DNA of 64,000 bases from Methanomicrobiales archaeon (GCA_037137755.1 JBAXJR010000002.1:1-64000), one strand, 5' to 3'. Shown: positions 50,397-60,891, counted from the stretch's first letter. Program-made: numbers and translations. The notes: generated by a model from the letters alone, not told the origin.

Positions 50397-50534
50397 TCAC
50401 TTGAGCTTTTTCTCGAGCTTCTTGAGCTTCTTCTTGGCCTCTTGGCTACCCGCAGCAGCCTGCTTCGAGAGCTCTTCAGCCTTTACCTTCTTCGCTTGGT
50501 TCAGCTTCACCAGCTGTTTCTTACTCGTTGGCAT
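50397..50534 (-). CDS. Small Lys-rich helical protein (45 aa)
   Basis: MPTSKKQLVKLNQAKKVKAEEL..KKLKKLEKKLK; RBS-like GAGGTGA upstream. Confidence 0.7.
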   Translation of the reverse strand: MPTSKKQLVKLNQAKKVKAEELSKQAAAGSQEAKKKLKKLEKKLK

Positions 50535-50623
50535 ATAGTCACCTCGCATCGCCTTTGGCTGATTATATTTGGCGTTTTTCCTTCTTAACAATATCCCTGT
50601 ATCTTTGTATTGATAAAAAGGTA

Positions 50624-50700
50624 CTACGCAGACAGGAGGGGTTTTCATCACCTTCATGCCCAACCCCCCGACAAGATATTCCCAGGGCAGGGTTCAACCC
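50624..50700 (+). repeat. Structured intergenic repeat family 1, copy D (5' half)
   Basis: TACGCAGACAGGAGGGGTTTTCAT..CAAGATATTCCCAGGGCAGGGTTCAA matches the start of copy A. Confidence 0.6.
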
Positions 50701-50801
50701 ATCAGGTCCCTGGATAATTTCAGAGATTCACGGACGTTCCTCCTTAAAAATTCAAGGTTTCCGGGAATCTCAATCGCCAGTCAAATCCCTTACGATGAAG
50801 G

Positions 50802-53636
50802 CTATTGCATCGTGCCATGGATAGTTTCCCATGACTTCACCGCAACGGGAGCACCGATCAGGAGTCTTTTAATCGTGTTCCGGATGAGAGGGAACTCCCC
50901 GGGATCGAGTGTATCTCTCACCGTGACCAGCAATTCCACGAGAGGTTCACGAAAGACCGGGTTCATCATGTCAATTGCACCAAATGCCCGGAGGAGACTG
51001 ACCGTGGAGTTCTGGTTCACGGGTGCAAGATTGATAAGGACCTCCTGTAAGAGTTCCCGTCCTTCCTGTGTCTCGAGCGACATCTTGCGGTTGGCAGCAA
51101 ATGCCCCGTACAGTGCCCGGTGATCATTTACCTGGGTGATCCGGAACGAGGGGGATGACGAGGTCAGTCGGATCAGGGAAACCACGTCGGGTGCAGAGCT
51201 GCCGCCAATCGCTCCGAGACAGGCCTCCCAGCTTACCGGATGGACGAATGACGATTGTTCAAATGATTCCAGGATGTTGTTCCGTTCAGGTGCCGTGCTG
51301 TTCAGGTACAATCCAAACGCCCACAACCGGTCGGTTGCCACCCCGGGCCCGTTGATCTGTGCCCGTAACATCCCATGGACATCAGGTGTATCAAGCGTCG
51401 CAAGCAGGCCAAGGCACCTGTTTTTCAGCTGCCGCTGACGGATGGCAGTGGGCTGGAGTTTCATCGGTGCCGTCAGTGGGACGGTCCGGTGATGGCGGCT
51501 ATACATATCCTTCAGTTCTGACGAATATCGGGTGGCAATTGCATGTTCAATTCTTCTCCTGGCACGGTAGATGGAAGTATAGCGATGAGCAAAACGGGGG
51601 TCATCCACCGAGTCGAACAGGGTAAGATGCAGGGCACCCACATCACCGGACAGGCCTTCATCAGCCAGCAACGCATGGAATAATTCAACGAAGTCTGCTG
51701 ATGGGGCCTCGTCCTGATGTTCGATCAGTCGGACCACTTCCCGCCCGGCCAGCCGGTAGAGGGCAATGAACCTGTTCACGACGTCAGGGTCCTTTTCGGC
51801 CTGGAGGCGGAGGGTCAGGGTATCGGCGTCATCTGCCACCCTCCCGTAGAATGAACCGGTCCGGTTCAGGGAGAGAAAGGCCGGCTCCTGGACATTCTCA
51901 AAAATGATTGTTTCTTCCTGGGCACTCACCCGTTTAAGGACACTGGCGATATCCTTTCCCTCATCATCAACAAGTGTCGCCTGGAAGGGAATAGTCCAGG
52001 GAGACCCGTTTCCCGGGTAAGACTGGACCAGTGACAGGTGGTACTGGCGGTTGTCTCTGTCATACCTGCCGGAAACCCAGATGACGGGAAACCCGGTCTG
52101 TTTAAGCCATGTATGGGCCATCTCCATAAACTCCTGCCCTGAAACCTCCTCCATCGCACGAATCCACTGTTGCCAGGTGGCATTTCCATGCCGGTACCGG
52201 GTATGGTACAGGTCGAGGCCCCAGCTAAAGACCTCCGTTCCCATGAGGGTCTCGATCATCCGCACGAACTCGGCAGCCTTGACATAGGTAATACCGGTGA
52301 TCAAATCGTTGGGGTCGTTAAACCCGTCCGGTTCGATTGGCATGGACATCGATCCCGAATCCAGGGCAAAGATCCCATTGGACGGGGTAAAAAGGGTAAG
52401 GATCGTCTGGAGACGGGTGTAGTTGTCCCCGAATAGGAAGGCATGATACTTCTCCTCGATAAAGGCCGTGACTGCTTCGTTTAGCCAGATCTCGTAAGGG
52501 CTCCTTCCGGTAACCTCGGAACCGTTAAGGTTATGATAGAATTCGTGCACCTTGACCCGGACCATGTACTCGAACGCCGGGTCGGTCATCTGCGGGAAGG
52601 GCATGATCCGGTTCGTGGTGATGGTGGTGTTCCCTACATTCTCCATTCCGCCGAAATCCGAGTTCTGCATACCGATCTCCCGGTATACTGTCCCGGTATA
52701 CTGGTAGCCGGTCGTGAAGCCTGCAGCCCGTTTCCGGATTTTCTCCCGCAGGGTTGAAAGAGGCACGGAGTTGCCCTGTTTTTTCAGGGAATCCCGCTCC
52801 CGTACCAGGACCATTAATTGCTTTTTTTCAGAAAGGTTCCGCTGTCCGGCAGGACCGGTAAAGAGGAAAATCCACATCACGGTATCCGCGAGCACCTGCA
52901 GGGCGTATTCTGCAACACCGGGATCCGAACCCGGTGGGACAAGCAGTTCGAGACTGAATTTGCTGCCGTCCGGGTATTCAAACTCCTGTGTGAAGGTATC
53001 ATAAGTGCCGACTCCCAGGAAGAACAGGTAGGGGGCCATCGGCGTGCGTGAATTGTCATAGGTGATCTGGTCCCGGCCACCGCCCACCGGATGACGGGGT
53101 TCGATAACGTCACCGTTCGTGATGATGCCGGAGTACCGGCTGTCAGCCGTGATTGTTGTCGTATAGGTGCATTTCGCGGTCATATCGTCAATACAGGGGA
53201 CAATCCGTTGGAACCCCCACTGCTGGCACTGGGTGATCTGGGTGGGTGGTGCACCATCCGGTGTTCGATCATAGTAGAGCCCCTCCAGGACATGGTCATT
53301 CGGCCTGCATATCGTATCCGTTGTAATTGTGAACCTGGTACCCGTGGGGACCGGATCATCCCATGAAATGGTCAGCAGGTGCCCGGACCTGTCATATTCT
53401 GTCCTGACCGCACCCATATCGCTGGAAACCGAAATGATTTCGAGATCCCGGGCATTAAGGTCTAATTTGGACAACGGCTGATCGAGGACTTCTGCGGTAA
53501 GGTGGGATGTCACCTGGGTGTAATCATCATACACATCAAATTCCAGGTCCATGTGGATGACATGGATGGGAAGCTCTCCAAAATCGCCCGGGTAATAGCG
53601 GAACAGGCGGCTCGTATCTGCAGGTGGTCCTGACAT
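50802..53636 (-). CDS. pepN: Aminopeptidase N (M1 family)
   Basis: TQCQQWGF, GGMEN, HEFYH..WLNEA, TYVK. Confidence 0.93.
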   Translation of the reverse strand: MSGPPADTSRLFRYYPGDFGELPIHVIHMDLEFDVYDDYTQVTSHLTAEVLDQPLSKLDLNARDLEIISVSSDMGAVRTEYDRSGHLLTISWDDPVPTGTRFTITTDTICRPNDHVLEGLYYDRTPDGAPPTQITQCQQWGFQRIVPCIDDMTAKCTYTTTITADSRYSGIITNGDVIEPRHPVGGGRDQITYDNSRTPMAPYLFFLGVGTYDTFTQEFEYPDGSKFSLELLVPPGSDPGVAEYALQVLADTVMWIFLFTGPAGQRNLSEKKQLMVLVRERDSLKKQGNSVPLSTLREKIRKRAAGFTTGYQYTGTVYREIGMQNSDFGGMENVGNTTITTNRIMPFPQMTDPAFEYMVRVKVHEFYHNLNGSEVTGRSPYEIWLNEAVTAFIEEKYHAFLFGDNYTRLQTILTLFTPSNGIFALDSGSMSMPIEPDGFNDPNDLITGITYVKAAEFVRMIETLMGTEVFSWGLDLYHTRYRHGNATWQQWIRAMEEVSGQEFMEMAHTWLKQTGFPVIWVSGRYDRDNRQYHLSLVQSYPGNGSPWTIPFQATLVDDEGKDIASVLKRVSAQEETIIFENVQEPAFLSLNRTGSFYGRVADDADTLTLRLQAEKDPDVVNRFIALYRLAGREVVRLIEHQDEAPSADFVELFHALLADEGLSGDVGALHLTLFDSVDDPRFAHRYTSIYRARRRIEHAIATRYSSELKDMYSRHHRTVPLTAPMKLQPTAIRQRQLKNRCLGLLATLDTPDVHGMLRAQINGPGVATDRLWAFGLYLNSTAPERNNILESFEQSSFVHPVSWEACLGAIGGSSAPDVVSLIRLTSSSPSFRITQVNDHRALYGAFAANRKMSLETQEGRELLQEVLINLAPVNQNSTVSLLRAFGAIDMMNPVFREPLVELLVTVRDTLDPGEFPLIRNTIKRLLIGAPVAVKSWETIHGTMQ

Positions 53637-53864
53637 TTCTCTCCTCTGGATGAAGTGTAGTACCCTGTATCTTTCTTAAGAATTTACCTGAAGGAGGTAT
53701 CCAAACGAGGATGGGAGGTCACCGGTCCTATCTGGAACGGGAATCTTCTTGTAAATTCCCTGAAACAATTGGTATCAGGCAGGGTATTTGAATTTTCCAA
53801 CTTTGCCCTACGGGAGACTGCGATACCCTATATCGGTTCCTGGTACAGAAGATTATAGTAACAC

Positions 53865-54725
53865 ATGACGACTGACCAGATCCCAATCGGAAAATTTTCC
53901 TTAATCACGCGGCTTACGCAGAAAGCACTGCGTTTTTATGATGACCGGGGCCTGCTTGTGCCAGCAGCGAAAGATATCCTCACTGGGTACCGTTATTACA
54001 ACTCCAGCCAGATTGCACGCGGCGTCACCATAAAAGCACTGTGTGTTCTGGGCTTTTCACTGGATGATGTGTCCTCCCTCCTCGCAGCAAAACAGTCCGG
54101 GGAGCTGGACAGAATCAGGACCCTTTTTGAGAAGCGTCGGTCTGCAATCAGGTCAGAAGTCTACCGGTTACAACAACTGGAGGCAATCCTGGAAAATCCG
54201 GATGCCTCCCTTGAGTTGATCTACATGTCGCTTGCCGAACCAGTTATCAAACAAGTCCCGCCATTACGTGCTATTTGCAAACGTGATAAAGGAGTCTACA
54301 GTGAAACGATCACCCGGCTTATTGCCGATCTCTGTAACCAGCTGTTCTGCCCTGAAAACCAGAATAGCGGTGTAAAAATTACCGGGCCAGTCATGACCAT
54401 CTATTATGACTGTGACTTCCGGGACAAGGATTCCGACATGGAATGTGCAGTCCCGATCGCGGGAAAAGTTCTGGTACATGACCCGAAGATGGAGATACGG
54501 ACAATCCCCGGGGGAAGACAACTGACGCTTCTTTACAAAGGTCCGTATAAAGGACTCCATGAGGCCTGGAGCAGGATCTATGCAAGTGCTGAAGAAAAGC
54601 AGTACCTGGTGACAGCTCCCGGCCGCGAAATATACTACAATTCCCCCGCTGATGTCCCGGAAGAAGAATTACTCACGGAACTCCAGGTACCCATTGCGGA
54701 TGAAATGACCAAACTAGGGACATGA
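53865..54725 (+). CDS. MerR-family regulator with GyrI-like effector domain (BmrR type)
   Basis: IGKFS..KALRFYD..TGYRYY; YKGPY..REIY..ELLTELQVP. Confidence 0.92.
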   Translation: MTTDQIPIGKFSLITRLTQKALRFYDDRGLLVPAAKDILTGYRYYNSSQIARGVTIKALCVLGFSLDDVSSLLAAKQSGELDRIRTLFEKRRSAIRSEVYRLQQLEAILENPDASLELIYMSLAEPVIKQVPPLRAICKRDKGVYSETITRLIADLCNQLFCPENQNSGVKITGPVMTIYYDCDFRDKDSDMECAVPIAGKVLVHDPKMEIRTIPGGRQLTLLYKGPYKGLHEAWSRIYASAEEKQYLVTAPGREIYYNSPADVPEEELLTELQVPIADEMTKLGT

Positions 54726-54875
54726 ACATTCGTGACTGTTATCCCTGTAGTGGTTTATTTTCAGTATTTGAGTGTATTCAGACGTTTTAAAGGGATTTAA
54801 TGCCCAGGGTGACAGAATCGGTTCGTATGGTCACACCGATACCTATTTTCATACACCCTGCATCTGGATACTACC

Positions 54876-55226
54876 GTGTTACATCAGAATAATGATCCAA
54901 CAATACCAGAACGCATTGAAACCGGGACTGTTGAAGGGGACTGTCTGGGTTTTACCGAGGAATTGTTCTCGGGCTGGCTGGAGCTTTACAACGACACCCG
55001 CCTCTATCTGTATTACATCATATCCCGGTGTAAAAACGAAGGGAATACCCAGAAACTTATCCGGCAGTGGATCGCTGAAGGTTATGACGTGCGCGTCGTG
55101 AAACCTTCATCCATCATGCAGCATATTCTCGGGGAGTTCGGGTATGTTGAATCATATGAAAAACTGTCCCGCCACTATGATGAGGATGTAGAAGTCTGGC
55201 ACAGACCGTTCGTACCACATCCTTGA
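54876..55226 (+). CDS. Hypothetical protein
   Basis: 116-aa ORF with protein-like composition; start uncertain. Confidence 0.55.
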   Translation: MLHQNNDPTIPERIETGTVEGDCLGFTEELFSGWLELYNDTRLYLYYIISRCKNEGNTQKLIRQWIAEGYDVRVVKPSSIMQHILGEFGYVESYEKLSRHYDEDVEVWHRPFVPHP

Positions 55227-55404
55227 ATGAAAGTGAATACCTGCCCGAAAAACCTGTTGACCGATTAATTTTGGAGAATCAAGGCATTTTTGTTTCTTTT
55301 AATCCCTTCCAGCTGCGGCCAATTCAGGTCTTTTTCCGATAGGTTTATATATCTCCCTGATCTTCAATGCACTGACTAAAAAATCATTTCCAAATCCTTC
55401 GGGG

Positions 55405-56457
55405 GTGACCAGAATTAAATCCCATACCTTTGTCACAATGGTGCTGTTAGTATTCGTGGTGCTGATGGCATCCACATGTATCGCCGGAATACCGTCTGCA
55501 TCAGCGCATGCCCCGGCCAGTGCCGGGTCCAATGAAGATATTGCCAATGCCACGGTGATTAGCAACCCGGAAAAATCCTACGCAATCTACTCAGATCTCC
55601 ATCAAAGTGGTGAAGCGCAGTACTACAAATTCCCGATGATCAAGGGTCAGCGTCTTTATGGTTCAGTCATGATCCCGGGACCGGGATCGATGGTGCCGGA
55701 TATTGTGATTACGGGCCCGGGAATTCCTTCGTCCGGCATTGTCCCATCGTACATAGAAATTCCACCCGGGGCAGGGGCAATGGTGATTCCGGGTACACCT
55801 CCTGGAAAACCCACTTATGAACCATTTACGCCTCAGTCCATCTATGAAGTGGCACGTTTTAACATGACGATTCCGGAAGACGGGGACTATTACCTCGCTG
55901 TGTATGGGCCTGGTGCAGGGAAATACAGTCTGGCGCCCGGGTTTCTTGAACAGTTCACCCTCTCCGAATGGCTTCTGATCCCGTTCTCGGTTATCTCCAT
56001 CTATCTCTGGGAGGGACAATCACTCTCCCTGGTTTTCGCACCATTCCTTATCATAGTCCTGGGTGGCATTGCTCTCCTTCTCTTCGAGCAGAAAAAAGTG
56101 GGAAAAAGATGGGGGTACAGGGAATGGATAGTGCTGACAGCCGGTCTTTTATACCTGGGCGGAGCCGCAATAACTGCTGCCCAGGCCGTCCATACCGTTC
56201 TTCTTACGGGGTATTCCTCCATCGTCCTCGTTACCCTGATCTTCATCGCGGTCCCGGTTATCCTTGGAATAATTCTCATCAGGATGGGCCTTATTCTCTC
56301 CCGGGATAGCAGATACAGCCGTGCAAGGGGATTTTGGATACTCCTGGCGGGTTTGCTTGGCCTCGTTGTCTGGGCAGGGCTCGTCATCGGGCCGGTACTT
56401 GCTATCCTCGGGGGGGCACTGGTACTGGTACATGCGATGGAAGAAAACAAATCCTGA
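55405..56457 (+). CDS. Membrane protein with extracellular beta-sandwich domain and several C-terminal TM helices
   Basis: Signal peptide ending ASAH; YEPFTP..YYLAV..KYSLAPG; hydrophobic C-terminus. Confidence 0.75.
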   Translation: MTRIKSHTFVTMVLLVFVVLMASTCIAGIPSASAHAPASAGSNEDIANATVISNPEKSYAIYSDLHQSGEAQYYKFPMIKGQRLYGSVMIPGPGSMVPDIVITGPGIPSSGIVPSYIEIPPGAGAMVIPGTPPGKPTYEPFTPQSIYEVARFNMTIPEDGDYYLAVYGPGAGKYSLAPGFLEQFTLSEWLLIPFSVISIYLWEGQSLSLVFAPFLIIVLGGIALLLFEQKKVGKRWGYREWIVLTAGLLYLGGAAITAAQAVHTVLLTGYSSIVLVTLIFIAVPVILGIILIRMGLILSRDSRYSRARGFWILLAGLLGLVVWAGLVIGPVLAILGGALVLVHAMEENKS

Positions 56458-56585
56458 TTTTTTTTCTGCATCCACCATGGGGTCACATGACTGGCACTAT
56501 CATAAATCCGCCAGTCTGGTTGATATCCCTAAAAAAAGCCCCAAGGATTATTGCAGACTATTGCCAATAACTGGAAGGAATTATC

Positions 56586-57008
56586 ATGAACATCTACACC
56601 GTCTGCCAGAATAATGTCGTTAGTGTTACGCCTGACACAACTGTCAAATTTGTCGCGAACCTGATGAAGGAGAAGAATATCGGGTGCGTCGTGATTGCAG
56701 AGAATAACAAGCCGGTCGGGATTGTCACCGACCGTGATTTTGCAATCCGGGGTGGATACCTCTGTGAGGAGGAGGAGACCCGGCAAATCTCTGAAATAAT
56801 GACCGAAGATGTCAGGACTATCCGGAAGGACACTGATTTTTTTGATGCGATCCAGGAGATGAAATCATCAGGCGTACGACGCCTACCTGTCGTAGATATG
56901 GGGGGCAGGCTTGTCGGACTCATTACCCTCGATGACATTATCCGGCTCCTGGCACGGGAGCTCGGGGAAATAGCACGGATAATCGGGAAAGAAAGCCCGA
57001 AAATCTGA
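56586..57008 (+). CDS. CBS-domain pair protein
   Basis: GIVTDRD, GVRRLPVVD..GLITLDD. Confidence 0.92.
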   Translation: MNIYTVCQNNVVSVTPDTTVKFVANLMKEKNIGCVVIAENNKPVGIVTDRDFAIRGGYLCEEEETRQISEIMTEDVRTIRKDTDFFDAIQEMKSSGVRRLPVVDMGGRLVGLITLDDIIRLLARELGEIARIIGKESPKI

Positions 57009-57225
57009 TATTACTTCATTTTATATCCTGATTTTCTGATGTATCCGGGTATATCCCCTACCTGGCTACACTCCCGTAGAATATTCTAGGGGGAAGGCCG
57101 GCAGTATTCTGGACTGGTCCTACATTACGATGTAACCATCTGCTGAAATGTGATGTCTACCGGCTGGAATCCTCTAATAAACTGGTTAGGATTCGAACCA
57201 GGAAAAAGTGAATGATCTGGCAGGA

Positions 57226-59388
57226 TTATTGTGGAATTCCCATTATGGGTGGGGCCGGTACCCGCCCCTGGTTTCCGGCATTACCATTAACTATCTCATT
57301 CCTCATCCTGTTCGACGTAGTAAATGACTGGATGCCCAAAGTACCCGCTGCGACCCATGAAAAACTACTTTTTGCAGAGGTGGTCTTACCGATGGCACTA
57401 TTATTCACTATGCGATCAGTCGTCCAGCTCGTCCTGCTACGGGTTATATTACTCAGTAAACCCGTCGTTGTCCAACTCGTTTTTCCGCTGGTATAATTAC
57501 TCAGAATACTATTCGTTGTCTTTCCGGTCAGACCCCCAAACATATTGCTATTCAAATCATTTGGCAGGTCACCGGTCTTATTGCCCGTTATCCCGTTCAT
57601 CCTGTTACCGGGCATGGCTCCCGGGATTTTTGCGCCTGCTGAACCCGCATTCGTTACGATTGTCGAAATCGTAAAGTTTGTAACCTGGGTGCCGGGAGTA
57701 TAGGTACCCCCGGTATAGAGCCCCTCTTTTACGGTGCCGGTTGAACTTCCCCCGGAATACACAATATACACTGTTCCTGATGTAAGTTCCGGCAGGCTGA
57801 ACACTACCGACTGGTAGGTCTTTGCCGGCACAAATGTCAGGATATCTTCTCCTGCTCTTGTTTCAACATGGACCATAGTCCCTGCCGGCTGTACTGATGC
57901 GTAGGTCATCATTACTGAGTACTGCGTGGAGGAAGTGTCAGGGGCCTGTGCCATCCCGGAGCTGCCTGCTGCAACCAGCGTTCCGCCGCTAAGCTTGAAA
58001 CTGCCTGCATAATCAATAGCCCCGTTACCATCGTCTGTCGGACCGTTGACGATCACAACACCACCGGTCATAGTGATCGCGCCGTTGATATCAAGACCGT
58101 CACCACCGGCGTTCACAACGAGATATCCCCCATTGATATGAAGGGGCATATCCCCGGAAGTTTCGAAGGTACCCTGGCCTGGCTGCCCAGCACCATTCTG
58201 ACCGTTAACCGGTTGAGTCGATGTGGATGTAACTCCGGTACCACTTGGGGTATTTAACGCGTCATCACTTGCAACAATGCGAATTGTTCCGTCATTAATG
58301 GTAATATCCGCACCTTCAATGCCTTCATAAGAGTTGGTGATCCGGATATCCCCGCCGTTAATCTCTACGTTCGATTCTGCATGAATTCCATCATCCCCGG
58401 TGGCTGCATTAATTGCTCCGCCGTTAATTGTGACACCACCGTGTGAATGAATGGAATCATCTGAGGAATCAATGGTGATGATTCCACCCGTGATGGTGAG
58501 GGCTGTTCCGGCCTTCAGGCCTTTACCACCTGACAAAGCACTGGTATCGACACGGGTATCACCTGGTATTCCCCGGGAGTTTGTATTTGTGGTGGGATTG
58601 ATGCTTTTACCTGCACCCCCACCTGATGCGATGGTGATGCTGCCACCACTCACCGTAAGGCTTGTTTCAGCCTGGATACCGTCTGCTCCGGAGATGATTT
58701 TGACGGTACCATCCTTAATGGAAACATACCCCTTCGTGGAATCATCATCATTAGTGGACTGTATCCCGTCGCTTTCTGCCTTTATGGTGGTGGTCCCGCC
58801 TTTGATAACAACAGAATCCCTGCCCCTGATACCATCGTTAACAGCGTTAACCGCAATACTGCCACCGTTGATTTTCAGGTCATCCTTGCTGGTGATACCG
58901 TCGTTATAGTTTGCATTAACGGTCAAAGACCCGTCGCCATTTATCGTAAGGTCGTCCTTTGAAAAAATTGCTGCATCAGGTTCTCCGGATGTTGAATCCT
59001 GGCCGGTATAGGAACTCCCGTCTGTTACCGTATTTTTAGTACCGGCTGTAAGCGTAATCACCGTTTTTTCGGCGTTGACAACATAAATGGGAGCACTTGT
59101 GGAACAGGAAATATCCATACCATTAAGTACGAGTTTCACCGTTTCTGCATCCTGTGTGTCTACCTTTATTTGTCCGTTATTCAACGTACCCCCGACATTG
59201 TACGTGCCAGCGGACGTGATGGTAACAGTGTTTCCATTAACTGTTGCACCGCTTCCTTCAAGGGATATCGAGTTGCCGTTCAATTTTATCGTAGTGGTTC
59301 CGGCGGCAGCTGTAACTTCACCCGCCATGCAGGCAGTACCAGTGACGATAAGTGCGAATGCCAGAAGCATTACCGTTATTTTTTTCAT
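57226..59388 (-). CDS. Secreted DUF4353 / Cthe_2159-like beta-helix carbohydrate-binding protein
   Basis: ITSAGTY, AAIFSKDDLTING, DGITSKDDL, DDGIHA, YEGIEG, GDGLDING, GNGAIDY, GSSGMAQ. Confidence 0.88.
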   Translation of the reverse strand: MKKITVMLLAFALIVTGTACMAGEVTAAAGTTTIKLNGNSISLEGSGATVNGNTVTITSAGTYNVGGTLNNGQIKVDTQDAETVKLVLNGMDISCSTSAPIYVVNAEKTVITLTAGTKNTVTDGSSYTGQDSTSGEPDAAIFSKDDLTINGDGSLTVNANYNDGITSKDDLKINGGSIAVNAVNDGIRGRDSVVIKGGTTTIKAESDGIQSTNDDDSTKGYVSIKDGTVKIISGADGIQAETSLTVSGGSITIASGGGAGKSINPTTNTNSRGIPGDTRVDTSALSGGKGLKAGTALTITGGIITIDSSDDSIHSHGGVTINGGAINAATGDDGIHAESNVEINGGDIRITNSYEGIEGADITINDGTIRIVASDDALNTPSGTGVTSTSTQPVNGQNGAGQPGQGTFETSGDMPLHINGGYLVVNAGGDGLDINGAITMTGGVVIVNGPTDDGNGAIDYAGSFKLSGGTLVAAGSSGMAQAPDTSSTQYSVMMTYASVQPAGTMVHVETRAGEDILTFVPAKTYQSVVFSLPELTSGTVYIVYSGGSSTGTVKEGLYTGGTYTPGTQVTNFTISTIVTNAGSAGAKIPGAMPGNRMNGITGNKTGDLPNDLNSNMFGGLTGKTTNSILSNYTSGKTSWTTTGLLSNITRSRTSWTTDRIVNNSAIGKTTSAKSSFSWVAAGTLGIQSFTTSNRMRNEIVNGNAGNQGRVPAPPIMGIPQ

Positions 59389-59473
59389 GTTAAATTATCT
59401 CCTTATTTCTGTTTATGGTTCTCTTCCGGGCAGAGTCTCCTCAATCAGGGAATACCTTGTCCGGGAATCCCGC

Positions 59474-60079
59474 TCACTCAACCTGCTCATTTTTACCCGG
59501 ATTATCCGAATAATAGATCTTCACCCGTGCCGTATCACGAAGGAAATCAATGCCATCGATCTCAACGTTGGTAACGTTGAGCCCGGTCCTTGTTTTAAGG
59601 TCCTCTATCATCTCTGCCCGTTTCCCTGGTGTTATAAGATTAATTTTTTCGTAGACGATTTGCTTGGTATAATGGCCGGTATTGAAACCCCAACCTTTCT
59701 CAAGGATCCAGATGACTCCAATAATCAGTGCATCTGTCACGAACATCTTCTCGTAATCGCCCATCCCGAAGAGAATGGAGTTCAGGATTGGCAGTGCCAC
59801 CATGATGAAGAGGTACGTCATCTCGTGTATCGGAACCGTCTCTGTCCTGTACCGCAGGATAGAAAACAGGGCAAAAAGGCCGAAGCCAACGCCTATCGAG
59901 ATCTCCACGCTGGTAAAGAGGCCCATGATGAAATAGATCACGGTATTGAAGGCAAGGAATGTGAAGAGGAAGGCACGTTCACCTTTGCGGGGATAGTAGA
60001 TATAGCGTATAATGATGAATGCCGAGATAAAATTGATGAAGAATCCGGCAATATAGAGAAGGTCATGCTGGCTTAACAT
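59474..60079 (-). CDS. DUF4956 family membrane protein
   Basis: GFGLFALFSILRYRTE..EMTYLF; DLKTRTGL..IDFLRD. Confidence 0.88.
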   Translation of the reverse strand: MLSQHDLLYIAGFFINFISAFIIIRYIYYPRKGERAFLFTFLAFNTVIYFIMGLFTSVEISIGVGFGLFALFSILRYRTETVPIHEMTYLFIMVALPILNSILFGMGDYEKMFVTDALIIGVIWILEKGWGFNTGHYTKQIVYEKINLITPGKRAEMIEDLKTRTGLNVTNVEIDGIDFLRDTARVKIYYSDNPGKNEQVE

Positions 60080-60891
60080 GCGATACTCCCTACCATGGAG
60101 AGCGTTTTCAGACGTAACTGAAGCTGCTTGAACCGGTTATGTTTCTGCCCGTTGTAAAGTAAGGACACCCCGATACAGTACTTCGAAAAACTGGTTTTCC
60201 GGATCCCCATCTTCCTGAGTGCATTTAGACCTGGTGACTGGAAGAGAGATCGATCATACTTGATCTCTCCGACAACAACACCCGGGTACGAATAGGTAGT
60301 ACCATCCTGGCAGAATGAAGGACAGAGGTCGAAGGTGATCCGTTCCCGGAAATCCTTCGATACGAGAGTGACCCTGCTGTATTCAGTCGTCAGTACGGGA
60401 TGGAACTCACTGGAATCGTACGGAAAGGAGGATTTTAAAAATGATTTAGGGCCCTTTTCAGAGAGCTCCGGTATTCCGTCCGTCTCCATACGTATTTTTA
60501 CTGTTCGCCCTGTGTTTTGCCTTTCCTTCACCTCAAGGTATGTCTCGTCAGTGGAGCAATAGTGGCGGAACCGTAATTTGAAACGGTTCGCTTTCCCGTT
60601 ATGGTGCTGTAGATAGATCATAAACGACCCCGTGTCATAATACATGGTCTCATACCTCCCGATTCGTGTATCTTCAATTTCCAGTGCCCTGTATGATCTG
60701 GTAAGATCAGATACCAGGCTGGCGCACTGTTGAAATGTCATCAGGAATTTTTTCTCCCTCCTACTCATCAGCTGGGCATCTGAATTTTTCAGTTCTTCAA
60801 GAGTTATCTCCTCAAATGCAGCAAGTGCTGACGAGAAGTTGTCTACCCCGGCAGTGAGGGTTGTGTGGGCCTGCCGGACTATACACGCCAT
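60073..60891 (-). CDS. VTC-domain (polyphosphate polymerase, CYTH/TTM fold) protein
   Basis: SRREKKF, YYDT, RFKLRFRHY, YLEVK, YSRVTL, ERITFD, EIK, FSKYC. Confidence 0.9.
   Translation of the reverse strand: MACIVRQAHTTLTAGVDNFSSALAAFEEITLEELKNSDAQLMSRREKKFLMTFQQCASLVSDLTRSYRALEIEDTRIGRYETMYYDTGSFMIYLQHHNGKANRFKLRFRHYCSTDETYLEVKERQNTGRTVKIRMETDGIPELSEKGPKSFLKSSFPYDSSEFHPVLTTEYSRVTLVSKDFRERITFDLCPSFCQDGTTYSYPGVVVGEIKYDRSLFQSPGLNALRKMGIRKTSFSKYCIGVSLLYNGQKHNRFKQLQLRLKTLSMVGSIAC

Noticed and set aside
53799-53819. BmrR-like operator upstream of the MerR gene (AACTTTGCCCTACGGGAGACT)
   Set aside because: Dyad symmetry is too weak to support from a single copy.
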